From contig DASXSB010000030.1 of assembly GCA_036506275.1 (NCBI GenBank), forward strand, positions 46,683 through 110,682: a stretch of DNA of 64,000 nt. Reading direction: 5' to 3'. Made by a program: the position numbers and the translations under genes. Shown here piece by piece: positions 59,476-64,000 of the stretch (position 1 is its first letter; every line of letters begins with the position of its first letter). Below the pieces are notes generated by a model. The model did not search any database. It had not been told where the DNA came from and was given only the letters and a program-made list of their open reading frames with translations. This stretch comes from Candidatus Methylomirabilota bacterium (GTDB lineage: Bacteria > Methylomirabilota > Methylomirabilia > Rokubacteriales > CSP1-6).

Positions 59476-60011
59476 GCGCGCGCGTGGTCCAGGTGAGCGT
59501 CTCGCCCGGCGGCGTGCCCAAGACCGCGGTGGAGGGGGCGCGCGTCGGCAGGCTCGGCCTCGAAGGCGATGGCCACCGCGACCTCCGCCATCACGGTGGC
59601 CCCGAGCGCGCCGTCTGTCTCTATCCGATGGAGATGATCGACGCTCTCGTCGCGGAGGGCCATCCGGTGACGCCGGGAGCGCTGGGCGAGAACCTGACCG
59701 TCTATGGCCTACCGTGGAAGAGCGTCGTTCCTGGAGTCCGGCTTCAGATCGGTGAGGCGGTCCTGCTCGAGGTCACGCGCTACACCAGCCCGTGCCGGAA
59801 CATCGCGGGCGCGTTCGCCGACGGCGAGTACTCGAGGGTGTCGGAGAAGCTCCGGCCGGGATGGAGCCGCGTGTACGCGCGCGTCCTCGTCGAGGGCTCC
59901 GTGCGCCGTGGTGATGCGGTCCGGCTTGTCCCGCTCGGCGGAGAGAGCGGAACAGGGCCGACGGGCGCGGGGGCCAAGCGCGCCGACGCCGGCGCCTCCG
60001 TCCGCGGGTGA
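59472..60011 (+). CDS. MOSC-domain protein (YiiM-like)
   Basis: C-terminal part of track ORF 58893..; GTG 59472 overlaps the upstream stop. The MOSC-like beta-barrel pattern reads ...GDGHRDLRHHGGPERAVCLY...GENLTVYGL. Confidence 0.7.
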   Translation: MSARVVQVSVSPGGVPKTAVEGARVGRLGLEGDGHRDLRHHGGPERAVCLYPMEMIDALVAEGHPVTPGALGENLTVYGLPWKSVVPGVRLQIGEAVLLEVTRYTSPCRNIAGAFADGEYSRVSEKLRPGWSRVYARVLVEGSVRRGDAVRLVPLGGESGTGPTGAGAKRADAGASVRG

Positions 60012-61177
60012 AGCGCACCGCCGACGTCGTCATCATCGGCGGCGGCGTCACCGGCGCCTCCATCGCGTTTCACCTCGCCACTCGCGGCCTGCGTGACGTC
60101 GTCATCCTGGAGCGGAAATTCCTCGGCGCCGGCGCCACCGGCCGCTCGGTGGGCATCATCCGACAGCTCTATCCGACACCGGAAACCACGGCCATGGTCC
60201 GTCGGTCGCTCGCCGTCTTCCAGAGCTTCGGGGAATCCGTGGGCGGCCACGCCGGCTACGTGCGCTGCGGCGCCCTCATCGCGGTGGCGCCCGCGATGCG
60301 GTCGAAGCTCGAGCTGACGCTCGCGCGGCAGCGCGAGCTCGGCGTCAAGGCGGAAATCTTGAAACCGGAAGACGTCGCGCGCGTGGAGCCGCGCATCGAT
60401 CCCGAAGGCGCGGGCGCCGTGCTCTACGAGCCCGACTCCGGCTACGGCGATCCGGTGGCGGTCACGACCGCCTACGCGGCGGCGGCGCGCCGCCTCGGTG
60501 TCATCGTCGAGCAAGGCGTGGAGGTGACCGGCATCGTGCACGACGCGGCCGGCGTGAGCGCCGTGGTGACGGCGGCCGGCGAGTGCGTCGCCTCCCCTGT
60601 CATCGTGAACGCGGCCGGGCTCTGGTCACCGGCGGTGGCGCGACTCGTCGGGCTCGATCTTCCGATCGTCGTCGGGCGCCATCCGGTCTTCGTCGTCGAG
60701 CGCGGGCCTGCGTTCGGCGCCGATCACCCGGTGTACCTCGATCTCGCCGGCGGCACCTATGTGCGGCCCGAGACAGGAGGGCTGACGCTCACGGGGTCGC
60801 TCACCGACGACGAGAGTCAGCATCCGATCGACCCGGAGCTGCTCGGCACGTCGCCGGGCTTCGACGAGGCGGAAGTCGTGCTGGAACGGACGGGGCGCGC
60901 GCTCCCGAAGCTCGGCGACGCGCAGTATCGGCGGGGATGGGTCGGAGCGTTCGACATCACGCCGGACTGGATGCCGATCCTCGACGCCTCGCCCGTGCGC
61001 GGCTTCTACGTGGCGACCGGTATGAGCGGCCACGGCTTCAAGCTCTCCCCCGCCGTGGGAGAACTCATGGCTGCGTTGATCCTCGGAGAGCCGCCGCCGG
61101 TGAGCCCGGCGCCGTTTCGGCTCGCGCGCTTCGCGGATACCAGGGTCGGCGGCACGTTCGTCTCCTCGTATCTCTGA
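60008..61177 (+). CDS. FAD-dependent oxidoreductase (DAO family; sarcosine oxidase beta / D-amino-acid dehydrogenase-like)
   Basis: The N-terminal dinucleotide-binding motif DVVIIGGGVTGASIAFHLA is present. GTG start overlaps the MOSC stop. Confidence 0.8.
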   Translation: MKRTADVVIIGGGVTGASIAFHLATRGLRDVVILERKFLGAGATGRSVGIIRQLYPTPETTAMVRRSLAVFQSFGESVGGHAGYVRCGALIAVAPAMRSKLELTLARQRELGVKAEILKPEDVARVEPRIDPEGAGAVLYEPDSGYGDPVAVTTAYAAAARRLGVIVEQGVEVTGIVHDAAGVSAVVTAAGECVASPVIVNAAGLWSPAVARLVGLDLPIVVGRHPVFVVERGPAFGADHPVYLDLAGGTYVRPETGGLTLTGSLTDDESQHPIDPELLGTSPGFDEAEVVLERTGRALPKLGDAQYRRGWVGAFDITPDWMPILDASPVRGFYVATGMSGHGFKLSPAVGELMAALILGEPPPVSPAPFRLARFADTRVGGTFVSSYL

Positions 61178-61236
61178 TCGGACTCCGATGCGGAGCGCCG
61201 CTGATCGCGGCCGGGGGCGTGTTGTACACTGCGGCC

Positions 61237-63336
61237 ATGTCGTCACGTCTCGGCGTCGACATCGGCGGGACGTTCACCGATCTGGTCGTCGTCGACGAGG
61301 CGACGGGCGCCTTGAGCGTCGGCAAGGTCCTGACGAATCCGAAGGACTTCGCCCTCGCCGTGGACCAGGGCATCCAGGCGTTGCTCGGCGACGCCGGCCT
61401 CGACGCTCGCACGCTGCGCGCGATCGTGCACGGCACCACGCTCGCCACCAACGCCCTCATCGAGCGCAAGGGCGCGCGCACGGCGCTGCTCACCACGGCC
61501 GGCTTCCGAGACGCCCTCGAGATCCGCCACGAAGGGCGTTACGACATGTACGACCTCTTCATCGATCCACCCGCGCCGCTGGTGCCGCGTCACCTGCGGC
61601 GGGAGGTGCGTGAGCGCCTCCTTCCCGACGGGAGCGTGCTCGAGCCGCTGGACGAGGCGTCGGCGCGCGGGGTCGTCTCCGAGCTGGTCGGGGACGGCGT
61701 GGAGGCGATCGCCATCTGTCTCCTCCACGCCTACGTCAACCCCGCGCACGAGCGGCGTCTGGCCGAGCTGGTGAAGGAGATGGCGCCCGCGCTTCCCGTG
61801 TCCTGCTCGTCGGAGGTCGTTCCCGAGATCCGCGAGTACGAGCGGGCGTCCACGACCACCGCCAACGTCTACGTGATCCCGCTCATGGCGCGCTACCTCG
61901 AGGACCTCGAGCGCCGCCTCGCCGACCTCGGCATTCCCGGGCAGCTCTACATCATGCAATCGTCAGGCGGCATCGCGCTCCCGGCCCATGCCCGCCGCCT
62001 TCCCATTCGCCTGGTCGAGTCCGGCCCCGCCGCGGGCGCGCTGGCGGCGGCGCGCGCGGCCGCCGACCACGGAGAGCCACGACTGCTGTCGTTCGACATG
62101 GGAGGTACCACGGCCAAGGCGTGCGTCATCGACGGCGGTGCCCCCCTCGTGGCGCGAGAGTTCGAGGTGGCGCGGGCGGACCGTTTCAAGAAGGGCTCCG
62201 GGCTCCCGCTGCGCACGCCCGTGATCGAGCTGATCGAGATCGGCGCCGGCGGCGGCTCCATGGCGCGCGTCGACCGCATGGGTCTCCTCAAGGTGGGGCC
62301 GGACAGCGCGGGCGCCGACCCCGGTCCCGCATGCTACGGGCTGGGGGGCCGGCTGCCGACGGTCACCGATGCCGACCTCCTCCTCGGATATCTCGACGCC
62401 GCGTTCTTCCTCGGCGGCCGCATGCGGCTCGATCGCGAGGCAGCTCGACGCGCCATCGAGGAGCACGTGGCGCGCCCGCTCGGGCTCGACGTGCCGGCGG
62501 CCGCGTGGGGCATCCATCGCGTCGTGAACGAGAACATGGCGGCGGCCGCGCGGATCCACGGCATCGAGCGCGGCAAGGACCTCCGCGCGTACCCGCTCTT
62601 CGCGTTCGGCGGCGCCGGGCCCGTCCACTGCTGGCAGGTCGCGAAAATCCTGAAACTGCCGCGGATCATCCTTCCCTTCGGCGCGGGAGCGATGTCGGCG
62701 TACGGCCTGCTCAGCGCGCCTCTCGCCTTCGACTTCGTCCGTACCGGTCACGAGCGCCTCGACGCGCCCGACTGGACGGCCATCAACGCGCGCTTCGCGG
62801 AAATGGAAGCGGAGGGTCGAGAGCTGTTGCGGCGGGCCGGCGTCGCGGACGGCGACGTCCGTCTCGCACGGATCGCCGAAATGCGCTACGTGGGACAGGG
62901 CCACGAGGTGGAAGCGCGCCTCCCCGGCCGAACCCTGTCGGCGGCGAGCCTGCCCGCCATCACGAGCGCCTTCGAGACCGGGTACCGGGCCCTCTACGCG
63001 CGTTTGCCCCAGGGCGTACCGATCGAGGTCCTCAACTGGCGGCTCACCGCGGCCGGACCCGTCCCCGCCCTCACGCTGGCGCCGGCGGTGGCACCCCGCG
63101 CGAGCGCGATGGTCAAGGGACGACGCTCCGCGTATTTCGCGCAGACGGGGGCCTTCGTGGACGTCCCCGTCTATGACCGTTATGCGCTCGCGCCGGGGAC
63201 GACGTTCAACGGCCCCGCGATCGTGGAGGAACGCGAGTCCACCGCCGTGCTCGGACCGGGAGCACGCTGTCGCGTCGACGACGCCCTCGCCCTCATCGTC
63301 GACATGCCGTCGGGGAGCGACGCGTGGACCCGGTGA
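61237..63336 (+). CDS. Hydantoinase/oxoprolinase family protein, A subunit (HyuA-like)
   Basis: Start at M219 of track ORF 60583.. (MSSRLGVDIGGTFTDLVVVDE...). Hydantoinase_A N-terminal and central domains are present. Confidence 0.85.
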   Translation: MSSRLGVDIGGTFTDLVVVDEATGALSVGKVLTNPKDFALAVDQGIQALLGDAGLDARTLRAIVHGTTLATNALIERKGARTALLTTAGFRDALEIRHEGRYDMYDLFIDPPAPLVPRHLRREVRERLLPDGSVLEPLDEASARGVVSELVGDGVEAIAICLLHAYVNPAHERRLAELVKEMAPALPVSCSSEVVPEIREYERASTTTANVYVIPLMARYLEDLERRLADLGIPGQLYIMQSSGGIALPAHARRLPIRLVESGPAAGALAAARAAADHGEPRLLSFDMGGTTAKACVIDGGAPLVAREFEVARADRFKKGSGLPLRTPVIELIEIGAGGGSMARVDRMGLLKVGPDSAGADPGPACYGLGGRLPTVTDADLLLGYLDAAFFLGGRMRLDREAARRAIEEHVARPLGLDVPAAAWGIHRVVNENMAAAARIHGIERGKDLRAYPLFAFGGAGPVHCWQVAKILKLPRIILPFGAGAMSAYGLLSAPLAFDFVRTGHERLDAPDWTAINARFAEMEAEGRELLRRAGVADGDVRLARIAEMRYVGQGHEVEARLPGRTLSAASLPAITSAFETGYRALYARLPQGVPIEVLNWRLTAAGPVPALTLAPAVAPRASAMVKGRRSAYFAQTGAFVDVPVYDRYALAPGTTFNGPAIVEERESTAVLGPGARCRVDDALALIVDMPSGSDAWTR

Positions 63337-64000
63337 CGCTCGAGATCTGCTGGAACCGGCTCATCGGCGTCGTCAACGAGCAGGCAGCGGCGCTCCAGCG
63401 GACGTCGTTCACCTCGATCGTGCGCGAGGCCGGTGACCTCTCCGCGGGCGTGTTCGACCGCCGCGGCGACATGGTCGCGCAGGCGGTGACCGGCACGCCC
63501 GGTCACATCAACTCCATGGCCCTCGCCGTCAAGCACGTGCTGCGCGCTCACCCCGTCGCCACGCTCGCCCCCGGCGACGTGCTCATCACGAACGATCCCT
63601 GGCAGACCTCCGGCCACCTGAACGACGTCACCATCTGCTCGCCGGTCTTTCGCGGCGACGACTGCGTCGCCTTCTTCGCGTCCACGTGCCACACCGCCGA
63701 CATCGGGGGCCACGTCCTCTCCGCGGAGGCGCGCGACGTCTACGAGGAAGGTCTCCAGATCCCGATCATGAAGCTCTACGAGGGAGGCCGTCCCAACGAC
63801 ACGCTGATCGCGTTGATCCGCGCCAACACCCGCGTGCCGGACATGGTCCTCGGCGACTTTCACGCGCAGGTGGCGGGAGGAGCGGTGGGCGGCGAGCGCC
63901 TGCTCGAGTTCATGGCGGAATTCGGCCTCGAGCGTCTCGAGCCCCTCGCGGACGAGATCATCGGACGGACGGAAAGGGCAATGCGAGATTCGATCCGCGC
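63324..64000 (+). CDS. Hydantoinase/oxoprolinase family protein, B subunit (HyuB-like), 3' partial
   Basis: GTG 63324 (VDPVTLEICWNRLIGVVNEQAAALQRTSFTSIVREAGDLSAGVFD...) is a Hydantoinase_B N-terminal pattern. It runs off the window end. Confidence 0.8.
   Translation, partial: MDPVTLEICWNRLIGVVNEQAAALQRTSFTSIVREAGDLSAGVFDRRGDMVAQAVTGTPGHINSMALAVKHVLRAHPVATLAPGDVLITNDPWQTSGHLNDVTICSPVFRGDDCVAFFASTCHTADIGGHVLSAEARDVYEEGLQIPIMKLYEGGRPNDTLIALIRANTRVPDMVLGDFHAQVAGGAVGGERLLEFMAEFGLERLEPLADEIIGRTERAMRDSIR

Overview
This 64 kb window is about 70% GC and reads as core chromosome of a Gram-negative bacterium. The sigma-54/PilSR-controlled pilA, AMIN-type PilQ, HspR and DUF1844 point to a Myxococcota/Desulfuromonadota-like lineage, but I cannot resolve the lineage further. 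It is densely coding and I found no CRISPR array, tRNA/rRNA gene or mobile element. All gene coordinates come from the supplied ORF track plus amino-acid index arithmetic. Product calls rest on motifs I recognised by eye, not on database searches.

Gene content in order:
- dapA 3' end.
- A large zinc-ribbon/class-III cyclase/AAA/TPR signalling protein (minus strand).
- A first Liv-type ABC transporter (SBP, livG, livF, livH, livM).
- A minus-strand module: NtrC-type sigma-54 activator, an unannotated 45-aa secreted-peptide ORF, a family-5 (Opp/Dpp-like) SBP, a sensor histidine kinase and a CheY-like receiver.
- A small unannotated lipoprotein ORF.
- comM/yifB.
- A lipid-handling trio: DAGK-like lipid kinase, UPF0104 flippase-like protein, PAP2 phosphatase.
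- A lytic transglycosylase.
- A minus-strand heat-shock operon hsp20-dnaK-dnaJ/cbpA-hspR-lon.
- A hypothetical membrane protein, a DUF1844 protein, and translationally coupled mazG and macro-domain genes.
- A complete type IVa pilus locus: pilB, pilC, pilS, pilR, two tandem sigma-54-driven pilA copies, a TMTC/PMT-like GT-C+TPR membrane protein, pilD, three minor pilins, pilMNOPQ.
- aroC, aroB, a TPR protein, efp, accB, accC, thiE.
- A second Liv-type ABC transporter translationally coupled to maoC, ornithine-cyclodeaminase-family, MOSC, FAD-oxidoreductase and hydantoinase A/B genes.

The most interesting things I see:
(i) the sigma-54 activator / small secreted peptide / peptide-family SBP / HK / CheY module, which looks like an undescribed peptide-sensing or autoinducing circuit;
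(ii) the Cys-less, Thr-rich tandem pilins next to a candidate O-glycosyltransferase;
(iii) the long transporter-to-catabolism gene chain joined by GTGA/ATGA overlaps.

Many long ORFs in the supplied track are antisense or out-of-frame high-GC artefacts, and I rejected them.
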